NCBI GenBank assembly: GCA_013239625.1
Contig: MU053557.1
Coordinates: 2,324,123-2,388,122, forward strand
Source: Lama guanicoe
Lineage: Eukaryota
Reading direction: 5' to 3'
DNA: 64,000 nt
In this document: positions 1-13,371 of the stretch, piece by piece
Layout of the letters: each line of letters starts with the position of its first letter
Position numbering within the stretch: position 1 is the first letter of the stretch
Made by a program: the position numbers and the translations under genes
The notes under the pieces: generated by a model
Databases searched by the model: none
What the model was told of the DNA's origin: nothing
What the model saw: the letters and a program-made list of their open reading frames with translations, nothing else

Positions 1-689
1 CCTGGCCTACAGGGGGCAGAAGTTATCCAGTATCGGCCACAGTGACTGCCATGTGGCAAGAGGAACCCAATGAGTGGTCAGTAAATCTGAATTTCTAAGA
101 GAAGTTGAAAATCTAATTTCTAAAAGTTCGTATCTCCTTATCTCTCCTTCCTCAAAGTGAAGGCAAAAAAAAAAAAATCAGGTAGCTCAAACGAAACACA
201 CATGCAGGCTAGATTTAGCTCACAGACCATCTGCTGGAGATATCTGATCTACTCCTGTCTTCTTTTGCATATTAAGATCTTGCTGCCCAGAATGAGGATG
301 CCTCCATGCCAGTGTTACCCAAGAGAAGGTTCTAGACTGGTCTTTGGATCCCCGAGGGCAACCCTGGGTCCTTTGGATGGAAATGAACTACATGGATTTC
401 TATCAAATTGTGGTCTCTATGCCACCGATAATTGATAAAAACTATTTCACTATAAAAAGTGTCCCATCAACAAGTAAAATAAGCAGGGGACATTTTCAGA
501 GAGGCTTGTTGTTATTTCTGTTTAACTGCTAAACTCTTTGTGGGATGAATGAGAATGTCCAGGACATGAATCTTGCCTGGAGCATTTCTCAAACATATTT
601 GACCAAGGAATGACCCCGCTCTCTTTCCTTCCTTAATGGTCACCATTGTTCTGAGAGATGCTAGAATTCCTCAGAACCCAGTTTGGGAA

Positions 690-795
690 ACAGTGTGGCA
701 ACCTTTTCCCTATATGGGCCAAGTAGTAAATATTTTAGTCTTTGTGGCCATTCCATCTTTGTTGCAACTACTCAGCACTGTCACTGTAGTGCAGG
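690..795 (+). mobile_element. MER58-like hAT-Charlie fragment
   Basis: TAGTAAATATTTTAGTCTTTGTGGCCA...GTTGCAACTACTCA resembles MER58A. Confidence 0.7.
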
Positions 796-800
796 GGCAC

Positions 801-935
801 TTTCTGTTTGTCTTTTGGAGGGGAGGTAATTAGGTGTTTATTTATTTATTTATTTTTTAAACTAAGGTACTGGGGATTGAACCCAGGACCTTGTGCATGC
901 TAAGCATGTACTTACCACTGAGCTATACTGCTCCC
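801..935 (-). mobile_element. tRNA-derived SINE (same family)
   Basis: GGGGATTGAACCCAGGACC...CCACTGAGCTATAC; (TTTA)n segment and GGAGGTAATTAGG motif shared with the other copies. Confidence 0.85.
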
Positions 936-1689
936 AGGCAGACATTAATCCTTACCTAGACTTCCAGGTGAGTTCCACGGACCAAAAACCCCTGATGGGT
1001 TTCAGAACCCTGCCCCATCCCTGCCCCGCCCTTTCCCATTCTGGAGCGCTTGCTCCCTAACGTCCTGCTCTCCATCTCCCGAGAACTGGTGCCTCGGAGA
1101 TGAAAGCCAAGAAAACGCAATGAGCCATCGGCGGCGCTCACTCAATTGATTTTTACACAAAATTTGCCTTCATGCACGAAGGATGGAAAAATGATCCCAT
1201 AAATAATGGATAACAAAAACAAATGCAGGGAGGAAATCAATAGTCACACACTTGGTACCGCAGGGAGACGGGAGAGGAAAATATGGAGCCCAGTCCAGCT
1301 AAACGGCCCCCCAGGGAACCCCTTCCTAGCACTTCCTGCTGGGGAGGGAGAGGCACATGTTGCCCTAGTGGGCCCCAGCTGACACTGAGCTGAGTCCCCG
1401 GGGAGGAGACTGGGAGGATTTGTCTGGGCTTCTCCCAATCTTTCAGAGTCAGTCTCAGGACACGGGAACCACATGCCCTTCAAGGATCCCCCTGATCACC
1501 AGCCCACAGACCAGGGTACCTGCCCTGGTTTTTTTTTCCTGAGCCATCCATGGCCTCAGGAGCTCTATTTTTTAGAGATGCCAGAGGCTTTTGTGTTCTC
1601 TCTGAGGTTTCTCCCTTTTTCTATTCACTGCCAGTTGCCTCCAGGTCTGGTTATTTGCTCTGGTGCTACAGGAGCCCCTAGAGTGGCGT

Positions 1690-1895
1690 GGGGTTCGGGG
1701 TTCGAGTCCTGGTTCCACCACTTACTCTCTCTGGGTGACTCTTGGGAAGTCATGTAACCTCTTTGAACTCTAGTTCCTTCATCTGTAAAACGGGGCGAGT
1801 AAAATCTTTCATGCTGGCGTAAAATGACTCCATGGAGGGATTAAATGACTCGATGTGTATAAAGTGCCCAGCATATAGTAAATGCTCAAAATAGG
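1690..1895 (+). mobile_element. MIR
   Basis: GGTTCGAGTCCTGG...TTCATCTGTAAAACGGG...CAGCATATAGTAAATGCTCAA. Confidence 0.75.
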
Positions 1896-3392
1896 GTAGG
1901 TAAAATCCCCTCACCTGATATCTGAGATCCATTCCCTTCCTCCATGCTCACCTCCACCTACTCCAGGGCTTTGCCGCCTCAGGATTGGATAGGTTCATAG
2001 CCTCTTAATTAGTCTCCCTGCCTCTGACCTCTTTCCTCTTGGGTTGTTGCTACTCACAGTTCTCATCTTCCTGAAAAACATGTCTGATCACGGCATACCT
2101 TTTTTCTTCTGTTTTAATTGTGTTCAGTTTGTTTGACTGGATGGTACATTCACATGGTTCAAAATCAAAAAGGTGCAAAATTCCTTCTTCTTCTCTTACC
2201 GTCCACCCACACTATTATCAATTTCTTGTGTATCCTTCCAGAGAAGCTGTATTAATTACAAGCTTATATATTTCCTTACATATATGTGTATAAATGTGTA
2301 TAAATACATAATTATGTGTATGCATTTTCATGTGTCCTTTTTTCTCAAGGTGGTAACAAACTACATGCTGTTCTACACTTTTCTTATTATAATTCATATA
2401 TCTTGGAGCTTATTCCCTCTCTCTTTTTCTTTTACAGCTTCCCATTGTGTTCCATCCTAGGGATGTACCAGAATTTATTCAACCAATCCCCATCAATGGA
2501 GTCGAAGCTTTCTTCCAGCCTTCTGCATTTACAGGGAATGCTGTGACAGGTAACCTTGTACATATGTAATTTCACAGTTGATCTCTAGGGTTGGTTATTA
2601 GCTGTGTCATTGCTGGGTCTAAGGGAACGTGCATTTTTACTTTGAGATAGTACTAATTTGCCTTGAATGCACCCAACAGCAATGTGAGTGAGTGCCTCTT
2701 CCTCCCCGCTCCAGCCAGCGCCCCAGGATGTCTTCAGCATGTCATGCAAGTTCCTTTACCTGTCCTTGCAGCCTCCACCCAGGGTGCTCAGACTGCATGG
2801 AGTCCCTGCTGCAAACATTCAGAAGTACCACTGTTTCCCCACTGTGTCATATTCTTTCCCACTGCCATGACTTTCACACGCTGTTCCCTCTCTCTCCCTG
2901 GCAAAATTCCATTCATCTTTCAAGTCCTTACTCCAGCGCCATCTCCTCTGTGACGCTTCCCTGTCTCCCCTAGGCTGAGTCAGTCAGGAGCTCCTTCCTC
3001 TGTTCTCCCACGCTACACGCCATTTTTATAGCCCTCATCACACATGTCCTGTTGGCTTATGTCCTCATTCTCCAGGTCTTACCCATCTGTGTATCCTCAG
3101 TAAGGACTGTAAGCACTGAGTTAATATTTACTGGAGGGACGTGCCAGGTACTTCACTAAACTCTGCTGGGAAACAATGAGAAAAAAGGCAGGATTCTTGC
3201 TTCTGAGGAACTTGCAGAGCTTCTTAGAACTCTCTGACCTTAGATGAGTGGATGCCTCTTCATTTTAATAATTTCGGTAGCTGTTGTAGAATTCACGTGA
3301 ATCCTGCAATGAAGGGTACACAGAGGTGAGGGAAGGTGTGTGCACTCAGAGAGAAAGGAACATTGCATGTCAACCATCTTCATCTTAAATAG

Positions 3393-3500
3393 GTTTTTTT
3401 CCCCCTTCTTTTCTTCCTTTTTATTTCCTTCCTCCCTCCTTCCTTCTTTCCCTCTCCCCCTCTTTCCTCTCCCCCTCTCTCTTCCTGTCGCTCCTTTTCT
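3393..3500. repeat. ~105-nt polypyrimidine/polypurine low-complexity tract
   Basis: Almost pure C/T on the + strand. Confidence 0.85.
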
Positions 3501-4699
3501 GGAACAGGTGAGGAAAATTGACTTGGCCAAAGTATACGGGAAACTCTCAAATGTCAGGTGCATGACAAAAACACATTGTCCTGCTTTCAGCTTCTAAGAG
3601 AACATATTTCACTTTAAGACCAAATCAGATCATTCCCAAGAAGAAGTTCTAGCAAATACAGTTTACAGTTCCAGAAACCACTCTAAGGTAAAGGAGAAGT
3701 TAGAAGAAGGAGAAAATATCGACCTGAGAAAGAAGCGAATCCTGAAAAGTGAAGCTCGAGCCTGCCGGCACCCACACCGTAACTGACCCGGGAGAGAGCG
3801 GTGAGTGCCTCGTTCTCCTGACTACCCGATTTGAAACCCCAAACCCAGCAGAGGAGCTTCTCCCTTAATGTGGATTATTATTTTATAAATTATTAAGAAG
3901 AGCAATATCTCTCCATTTACTGAATGTCATAACAAAAGAGATAGGAGGGAAACCAAGACATTGTCTACCCAAAGAGCCCAGCATTTGGACAGTGTAAAGT
4001 CACTAAATAATTCAGCAGCTATTTGAAAGTATAGTGTTTTGTAATTTCGACAGAACCATCTTAGTCTGGCTCTCCGTAGTGCAGAATTTTAAAAAGATGC
4101 TCGCCTTGGTGAAGATCTATTTCGAGGAGAAATGGGAGTCTGGTGGAAGTGCTAGGCAGGAGAAAGAGGGCTGTCTAATTAGAGAGCCTCATGTTTACTC
4201 TGATTTTAAACTTTCATGAGCCTACCGAGGGTCTAACCATTTTCTAGTAACATCTCTGATTTTTTTCTCTGTGCCCACACATGTGTGCTCTAACTATACA
4301 GATCCGCGCTCTGTATGCTCTTGGAAAGGGAAACCACAGTGTCTGAGGTGATTGTAGCATACTGAGAGAAAGAAGGACGGAGAAACCAAATGTAGCCCCA
4401 CGAACTGTGGCAGTGAGGTTGACCGCGTCTGGTTTGTCTTGTTCAGAGCAATAGGAAAACCCACAGCAGCTCGATGACGCCTGGGAGAGGCTGCATCCTG
4501 AGAGGGCTGGGGTGAGAAGGGGCAAGGTGCAGGAGGGCTGATCCCAAAGGAAGCCACTGCTCATAATTTGTTTGTTTGCTTAGTTATTTCTGACCTTAAC
4601 TACAGAGAGGATTTCATACAGTTTACCGTGGTGCGCAAAATTAAAACAAAGCATTCTCAGAGTGTCTGGGAGGCAGAATAGCGTTATAAATAAGAGAGC

Positions 4700-4915
4700 C
4701 CTGGGGTTGGTATCTAGGCTCTGCCACTCCCGGGCTCCATGACCTTGGGCAAGTGAATTCATCTCTGTGTGCCTCAGGGTCCCGATCTTTAAGACGCAGG
4801 TCATAATCGCGCCTACCTCCCAGGGCTGTTGTGAGGATGACGCCGGAAAATAATGTAAAGTAACAGAGCAACGCCTGGCACATGGTAAGTGCTCACTGTG
4901 TGTCGGTTACTATTG
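4700..4915 (+). mobile_element. MIR
   Basis: GACCTTGGGCAAGTG...CCTACCTCCCAGGGCTGTTGTGAGGAT...CCTGGCACATGGTAAGTGCTC. Confidence 0.85.
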
Positions 4916-5374
4916 TTCTTTTGCCCTTAGTTCCCCTGAACCCCAAGAATGAGGGTAAGCAAGTAGCTACTTGCAGAGAACCGAGCTCTGTGTTTTATGT
5001 GGCTATTGAGTGAAGGCCTCTGTGCGTACTTATTGGCAAGACAGACTCTGGATGAGTTATGTAAGTGGCATCCCAGAGGTCCCGGCATGGATGCAAACCA
5101 ATTAAGTTAAGCACTTACCGCAATCACAAGTGCAACTCATAGGTTTAAAAGTGGGAAGAGAGGATATGTGAACTCGGCTTTGCAGTACTTTGCTCTGTCA
5201 AGTCTGCTAGAAATATAGCTCATGAATTCTTCACTCTTGCTCTGGAACACGTTTTGCCTAATGAAGTATAGAATTCTGGATCTGTTTTGTTTTTTTTTTT
5301 ATCTAGCTCCACAATCTTGGACATCTGTTTATACTCTCTGAAGACTCAATTTCTTTATCCATTAAAAAAAAAGA

Positions 5375-5970
5375 TTCAGCACAGGAAACTGAAATCACCT
5401 TAAGAATTTTGAAGCACAGAGATTTATTACTGGGAATGAAGCATTTACAAAATCATTTGAAGGGCTGAAGGCATGGGCTACATTGGGCATGTAGGAATGA
5501 CTCTCAGAATATCATGGGAGCTATGACCTTTGTCACAACTGGGACAGTGAGTAACTGGCAGCTTGCCACTGAAACAACTGAGGTCCAGAAAATACCATCT
5601 TGGCTGCTGTCCAGAGATCGGGAAAGCCTCCACTGGCAGCATGACATCCCATCTGGACACTGGACCATGAAAGCCAGCTGCCGCTACCACTACCACTGCC
5701 TCTGGAACCTGGAGATGAGACGTTAGTATCTCCGTACACTTTCTGCCAGCTGAAAACAACAAATAGAGCAGGAAATTGCTCTTGACTTTATTTTGCTGCC
5801 TTCTCAATCTTGCCTGAGTGCATCTACTTCCTGAAATCTCTCTCGCATCTAGAACCCTAGCTGCAAGGGCATCTGGAAATGAATCATTAGCTTTGTAGCC
5901 TCTCCAAAACAGGAAGCTACCTGAAAGATGGAAATTGATGCCGAGTACCAACTGCCCATATCCAGCCCAG
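5375..5970 (-). mobile_element. Old MaLR (MLT1-type) LTR interrupting a MIR
   Basis: CCCTAGCTGCAAGGGCATCTGGAAATG motif of old MLT1 subfamilies; MIR text on both sides. Confidence 0.55.
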
Positions 5971-6904
5971 AAGCTAATAATAGTAACTAGTCATAGAGTT
6001 ATTATGGGGATTAAAGAAGTTAATGGAAGAGTCTGAACACTAGCAAAAAGTAGGCAATTGATACAATAATTATTTCTAACACTACTCTTGCAGTGGGATA
6101 AAATGCTTCACCTTCTAAAGATACCTGAAGAGAATTATTCTTTCTTCAAATGCTGGGCTGAATTTCCTGCAAGGATGGGAGAATCCTCTACCAGCTCGTT
6201 GTCCTCAGTGGCGTCATGGTTCCCTCCCTACCTGAGGTCATAGCACGGGTGCCTAGAAGAGCCCTCCTTATCTATATGCCAGTGCTTCGGGGAACCTTTC
6301 CCGGCCATTCCTTTTGTTCTCCATGCCCTCTCTATTCTGGACCCTACATTTCCCATCCTCTTGCTTCAGGGCAAATTCTCTGCTTGCCCCTCTCATAGTG
6401 AGACCTGAATAGAAGGAATTATTTGCTTCACCTTGGTTTTATCTCCAGCCAGTACTGTTTCTACTTCATACCCAGCCCAGGCCTTCGAACCCTGCACTAA
6501 GCATGGAGCCTAAGACCCCTGCTTGTCATCAAAGAAACCGTAAATAATTAGGTAAAAGATGGATGAAAGTACTGAGAATTCCACAGCAAAGCTCTAACAA
6601 AACAGGTTGGTCTAAGGCAGACACATAAGACAAATCATCTTCAATGTCTTCCAATCCCCATTTTTTGTTAAGTATATTCCATGTATAGACTGAACTTGAG
6701 AGTTGCCTTTTTACTTGGGATCATAATAGACATTCTCAACAAACCCTACTTGTTGTACATCTCATTTTATTTGGGGATTTATAAAGTGGCCAGTTGGCTC
6801 AGGGATTCTCAAGACTGCCTACACCTCAGCTCAGCTCGACTGAATTAGAATCTCAAGGGGAACAGCAATATATCTCAAAGCTCTCCAGAAATTAATTATA
6901 ATGT

Positions 6905-7085
6905 GCATAGAAAACTATATCCAATTTCTTGTAATGAGGCTGTAATGGAAAAGAATTTTTAAAATATATATGTATGTATGTCTATAACTGAGTCACTTTG
7001 CTGTACAACTGAAACTAACATTGTAAATTGACTACAATAAAAAATAAGAATTTAAGAAAATAAAAATAAATAATAAATAATAATA
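6905..7085 (+). mobile_element. Short L1 3' terminus with A-rich tail
   Basis: TATAACTGAGTCACTTTGCTGTACA...CATTGTAAATTGACTAC followed by an (AAAT)n tail. Confidence 0.8.
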
Positions 7086-7860
7086 GGATAATAATAGCTA
7101 CCTCAGAGAGTTGTACTGTGACAGTTGATTGATGGCATATATAAAGTATCTGGCATATTAGAGATGAAAAATAAATTTGGTCTACTCTTACTATTATTGA
7201 ATTATTATTTATTCATTAGCATAGTGTTTATAAAACAAGGTGATGTCAGCAGGTACGTAAATTGACTTTCTCAGGTCTGTGATCAATGGAAGAAATTAAA
7301 ATGTGTCCTTTCCAGGAACCTGTGGAATACTACTTGGCATGGAATAACCCTAATGGAAATTTCCAATCAGGATGGCAAGGTTAGGGTTACCTGCTGGGTT
7401 TGTTTATCCAAGTGGAACTGCTCCTGCTCGTGAGCTGCAGAACCGACGGAACAGGTAACAGGTTCTCAGTTGTTCGCTCCATCACTTTTCACAGGAACTG
7501 AATTGCTGAAGTTCATTATACGAATGAGGCCAATATAGACACAGGGAGAGAAGGGGCGATGGAAAATCCAAGATGTTTTAAATGCCATATGTTCACAGCA
7601 GCATGAGTGAAGAGCTTGAAAATTTGGAAACAACTCACGTGTAGCCATACAAAAATGCCAAAGTAAACCATGGTGTCTTCACTCTAATTTAATGAGCTTT
7701 AATGAACACTTAAATGTGTGCCTGGCGCTGAGCTAGTGCTATGAAGAAAAAGATAAATAAGACATAGGCACAGCCCTCAAAAGGTCGAGGACCCCCGGCG
7801 AGACCAATAACTAAAGAGATGATTATTAAACAGTGCTATTAAAACTAATGACTTTTGGCA

Positions 7861-8033
7861 GGGGGAGGCTATAGCTTAAGTGATGGAGCGCATACTTAGC
7901 ATGCATGAGGTCCTGGGTTCAATCCCCAGCACCTCCTTTAAATAGGAATAAATAAATAAACCTAATTATCTCCCCCTCATAAAAAAAAAAACAACAACAA
8001 AGCAAAATAAAGCAGCAACATTTACTTATTAAA
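7861..8033 (+). mobile_element. tRNA-derived SINE (camelid vic-1-like)
   Basis: A-box TAGCTTAAGTGATGG, B-box GGTTCAATCCC, A-rich tail; TSD AAAA(C/G)TAATG(A/G)CTTTTGG at 7841-7858 and 8034-8051. Confidence 0.85.
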
Positions 8034-8715
8034 AAAAGTAATGGCTTTTGGACTATTTGACAACATCGAAAGAATAAGAAGACACTAAGTTAAAAAAGAT
8101 ACGAAGTGGCATAGAGAGTGTAATTCTCTTGATATTAAAATATACCTAGAGAAAGATGGAAAAGAAATACAATATATTAAATCATTATGTTGTACACCTT
8201 AAACTTATACAGTGCTGTAGGTCAGTTATTTCTCAACAAAACTAGAAGAAAAAAACAAAGGGCATGGGACCAGAGGAAAAGAAAAAAGAAAAAAAATGAA
8301 TGGATTAAGATTCCTGCAATCCACAAATTAGAGAAAACTTACCCTTATGCTATCAATGTAAGAAGTTCTAACTAATAAAATGAATGTGTTTAAAATTAAT
8401 TAATTAGAAATACAGCATATAAAAATGCTGACTGATAATTTTGTTAAGTTGGTGGTCTTGTGGTTAGATTTTCCCCTTCAGTTCTCTAGTTCCAAAGTTT
8501 CTCTATTTTTGATATGTATTTTCTTAACAAAGAATTTAAACATAAAATATTCTGTAAAGTCCTGAAATCACACAGAAATGATCCACCTTCTCTCTCTTCA
8601 CTGGCCCCAGCTTCTTATTTGCCCGTTTATATTTCCTGAGAGCCAAGACACAAACTTGGGAGGAGATATTTTCTATGGGAGGCAATCCCAGGAAGACTGA
8701 CTCAAAGAATGAAGA

Positions 8716-8957
8716 GTCCATCGACAGATAACTGGACGAAGAAGCTGTGGTATATATATATAATGGAATACCACTCAGCCATAAAAAATAATAAAATAAT
8801 GCCATTTTCAGCAACATGAGTGGACCTGGAGATTGTCATACTAAGTGAAGTAAGCCAGAAAGAGAAAGAAAAATACCATATGATATATCTTATACGTGGA
8901 ACCCCCCAAAAAAAAAAAAGAAGAAGAAGAAAAGGACACAAATGAACTTATTTACAA
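8716..8957 (+). mobile_element. Internal L1 fragment (ORF2 end/3'UTR start)
   Basis: GTCCATCGACAGAT...CTAAGTGAAGTAAGCCAGAAAGAGAAAG matches the L1 at 41050-41290; no A-tail. Confidence 0.85.
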
Positions 8958-11379
8958 GTTCAGGGCTCCTCATTTCTGTTTGTTTATCAACAACTTAGAA
9001 ACCTGGAAGGCAGGCTTATCACATTTGGGGATAGCACAGAGTTGAGAGCTACGAAAAAATTCAATGAGTATCAAGTTCTTAAATATCTCAAGATGTTGGC
9101 AGCGTGGACCAGATTTAAGGACGGAATTTAAATAGTGAGAAGTGCAAATTCAAAACGTATATTTAGTTCCAAATAAACAAGTATAAAGGCAAAGGACTGG
9201 AAAACATGGTTTAGCAGAAGAAAATTTTGTGCAACAAAATACATATGGGTTTGAGTTAAGCCTAAACATAAAATGGGAACCAACAGAAATTTCATTTCCT
9301 CTCACACTGCAATGTCTGCATTAAATGTGAGGAATGTAAGGCCCAGGGTATTCTGAATGAACTAGCCACAGAACTGCTGGGCTGGGATGCGGGCACCACC
9401 TCCTTGAAGTGGGGCACAGACCACGTGGAGTGTGGGTACAGGAGAATCACCAGTGTTGGCCCCAATGATGGGGAAGCAGAAACCATTCACTTTGGGCTAA
9501 AAGGACTGCAGATTTTAGCCTAGAAAGAGAAGCCCTAGGGAGTCGGAAGGGGAGGGGAAACACGAGTCTTGACTTCAAATTCTCAAGGGCTCTGGAGGAG
9601 AAGCAGTGAGAGGCTGTGTGGCATTATGGTAGAAAGCATGGGGTAGAGACACCTGGATTTGTTGGAATCCCATTCCGATATTTACTAATGGCTCTAGTCA
9701 GGTCATGTGTGAATTGAGAACATTAATGACACCTATGTCACATGGTTGTGTGTGGATTCAGTGAGATGTGTATATAAATTGCTTAGCATAGTACCTACCC
9801 ACGTACGTGTTCAAATAATGATGATAATTAGAAACCTACGTGAAAGAGGAGTTGGGCTTGGTCTCTGTGGCCACAGATTGGTGAATTAAGAGCACTAGAA
9901 GCTAGTAATTTGATCTTAATCTACAGAAGGCGTCGGCACCATCAGGATGGTTCAAAAACTGGATAGGCTGTGTTTGGAATAGTGAGGTCCCTGACCCTGG
10001 ACATGCGCGGTTAGCCAGATGCTGAACCCTTAAAGAAGATTTAGGAGCCCTGTAAGTCTCCCACATCTGAGGTCCTCACTGGGCCTTTGCTGCCCCGTGC
10101 CCGGCATGGAGTCACCAGTGGGCAGAGTTTCCATGGGAACCACGAAGGGCTTAGAATTGTGTCTGAACACTGCATCCCAGAGGAAAGAAATAAGCACTGA
10201 AGCCGTTTTCCCCATAATAGAATTCATTTTTAAAAACCGTCTAATTAAATATTAACCCCAGAGATGGAGCATTAACGGGTCTCTTATGTAAACTTCGTAC
10301 ATCTCATAACCATCCGAGAAAGGACGTAGGTAGAACACCCCGAGGAAATTAAATCTGTCTCCTTCATGCCATCACTAACAGCACAGTGGGCTGTCCTGGG
10401 CTCACGGCCCTCTCTGTTTCCTTTATTGACCACAGGTGCTTGGGAGGCAGGTGGGGGTGGGAAGTATCAGGAGGGAGGGCCCTGGGCCAAAGCTGACATC
10501 CTCTTTGGCCTATCTTGCTTCTCCTTCTCACCTTCCACTTTTTCTTTCATCTCTGAAATCCCAACAAATTGGATACTCGGGAGGCGACGCAGGCAGGAGA
10601 GGTAGTGCAGGTGGCTAAAAACTTAGAGGAGAGAGGTAAGTGAGAGACAGGAGCCTTCCATGGAGTAGTTGGGAATCAGGAGATGTGGATTTTTGCCTTA
10701 GCTTTGTGATCTTAGACAAATTCATTGATCTTTCTGGGCTCCTTGGAGGGTAAAACAAGAGGATTTGAACTACAGCTCATGGATTTCTTGAGCAAACATT
10801 TTTTGAGCATCTCTGATGTGCCTGGGATACAGTTAGGAAAAAGGCCCAGTTCCTGTCTTGGAGGACCTCACGGTATAGCTCACAGGGTCTCAGTCTGTGA
10901 TCCACATACCCCTTGTGGTCAAGGAATGCCCTTCAGGGGATCTGCAAAACCGTTACCTTTGCACTCTAAGTTTGTGAGTATGTGTATATTTTGGGGGCTG
11001 GGTGCAGGGAAGTCCTCTACTTTCATCAAATTCTTAAAAAAAAATTTTTTTTCCCATTAAGTTCTTAGAGGGACCCATGACTCTCCAAACGATTGAGAAT
11101 CCCTGCTTCTCTTGCAGTTCTCTGTGATTTGCGTGTCCTTTATCATCTTTGCACGTCACCTGTGTGTAAGTTAATTTTTCTTTCAACTAAAATTGAACGT
11201 AAGAATGTATCTGCTTTTACAACAATGTCCATGAAATTGTAAGCATGGGTTTGGTGCGTGAGATCCATCTCTTGTCTCTGTCTCTGTTTTCATTTCTATC
11301 TCGAGCTCTATCAACTTGAAAATAAATACAAATCCGTTAAAATACAAGGTGCTCCTCAGCCTACCACCCCCCAGCCTCC

Positions 11380-11830
11380 GGGAACCACCCGCAGGGCGTA
11401 TCCCGCCAGCCAGCGGCCTTTCCCCAAATCCGTTTCAGCTGCGGCCTCCTCACGCCTTTCCCACCCACCTTCCAGCCACGCCCTCCTCCAAGCCTTCTCT
11501 GGGGCCAGTCAAGGGGCAGATACTAACGTCCCTCCTCTCCACACTGTCTGAGGCAGCTGCCGAACTCCAGAGTTGTCCCCAGACCCCAGGCTCGCAGGCG
11601 GGGACCCCGCGGCTCCGCCGTGAGGGGCCGCTCCCCGCTGCCGCCGCCCGGCCGCCTTCCGCCTTCCGCGTGAGTGACAGGGGCTGGCGGAGGGCTGGCG
11701 GGGAGGGGAAGCGGCCCTGACACCCGGGCTGTGCGCGGCGCGCTAATTACACCGATGTGGGGTCTGGGCCGCTCGGTCCTTTGCTCAGAGGAAGGATGCG
11801 ATGCAGGCGCGGGGAGCGAGCGGCACTACA
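11380..11830. promoter_or_regulatory. Orphan CpG island
   Basis: Sharp local rise in GC and CpG (e.g. CCGCCGCCCGGCCGCC, GCGCGGCGCGC) in otherwise CpG-depleted DNA; no recognisable CDS. Confidence 0.7.
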
Positions 11831-13371
11831 GAGGATGCAGGGGAACAGCAGCACCTAGGCGCATCCATAATTTATAAAACGCCAGCAGCAACAGAGGCAA
11901 AGAGGGACCAGAACCAGGAGAACAGAATAGCATAAAGCTTTTTAATGGTCTTTTTCTATTAATGTCAGCTGGGCGACCGTTTTTCAAGTGGGTGGAAGGG
12001 TTCCAACGCCCCCACAGTTCAGTCACAAAAGCTAAATGTTCCCATTTACCCCTCCCCTCCCAGCTTTATGGAAGCGCTGAGCTGTCCCCTAAGCCAAATG
12101 GGGTATTTGAGGTTCAAGTGGGCTCTGATCCTCCTGGAGAAAGAAGCTGTCTGCTCTCTTAAAGGTGTTTCTAGCAGAAGACTCTCGAAACGGCTCTGTT
12201 CTTTTGTAATAACAGTATCCCCAGCAATTCAGTATTTCGACCATTTGTAGAAGGCCCTAGAGCGTAGACTTTAAGAGCACTGGCTCTGGAGTTGAAGCTC
12301 ACCAGCCGTGAGACCTTGAAAGCGTCCTTACTCTCTGTGCCTCGGTTTCTTCACTTACCAAATGGAGATGAGAAAATTATTTACCTCTTGAGACCACTGG
12401 GAGGATTGGATGATGATGTACGTTAACTTAACCCAACAGTGAATGCTTGTTATTTTAACTCTTTCCAAGTGCTTCCAAATTCAGTCTTCTCTTTTTCTTC
12501 TATGCACATTCCCCCAGGAGTAACTGCTTGGCTGAAGCGGAATATGTTTTACCCATGCACGTTGAAAAATTGTTTTTGCTATATTAGTATCTTTAAACAA
12601 CTTCCTAATTTGGAGATTTGTCCGTGTTGCTACATGTAGCTCTGGCTCATTTATGAGTTCCATTGTATGGTATCCCATAATTGATTTTTCTGTTCTTCTA
12701 TTGCTATTTAAAATGTATAATAGTTAAGTCATTCCAATTGTTTGCTTTACTCATAGCCCCCATTCTGTCTGAATCTCCCCCCACCCCTGCCCGTTCTTTG
12801 TTTTATGGATTTTTCACTTGGTTTTCTGGTAAGGTGCTCACACCAGGCCCCCAGAATTATTTTCCAACTGAATCAGCATTTCTTAAGCATCAGACATAGA
12901 AAAAAAAAATCCCTGACTAATATTTTCTTCCCACACGCTTTCTGGGGGCAAGTTTTCTCTAAGAGTCTTTTCTTATCCAGGAACACCTTGGAATCCAGGA
13001 CATCTCTTATGCCCAGTGTATACTCATAAGTAGCCTGAGTCGCTGAACACCGAAACTGGAAAAATTATCTCATATCTTAAGTAGGGACAAGGTAAATGCT
13101 CTCACTTATACTGAACAACAGCTAATCCCCAAAAGTGCTGGGCAGATGTTTTAAGATCAAAGAAAATTTAAAGGCTCAGTAGATGGAATTAGGTCTACAG
13201 AACCAAGAGCATAGCAGAACAGTAAAGAGCTAAAAAAGAGGGAGGGGGGAGAAGCCAAAACCTAGAAACATCCCTGGTGACAAAGGGAAGAGAAATTGAT
13301 CCCCAAGCAGATATCCAGTAACCCCAGACCTTTGATCTTTGGTTTGGATGCCAAGAAGATTCATTCCAGTG

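Noticed and set aside
3..21. CTCF-like motif TGGCCTACAGGGGGCAGA
   Set aside because: Two core mismatches, at the window edge and next to a probable hAT fragment; cannot be supported.
5478..5951. 157-aa minus-strand ORF
   Set aside because: Contained in an old MaLR-type LTR; non-ATG start; no domain.
7861..7935. tRNA-like sequence with A and B boxes
   Set aside because: An A-rich tail, a TSD and multiple diverged copies show it is a SINE, not a tRNA gene.
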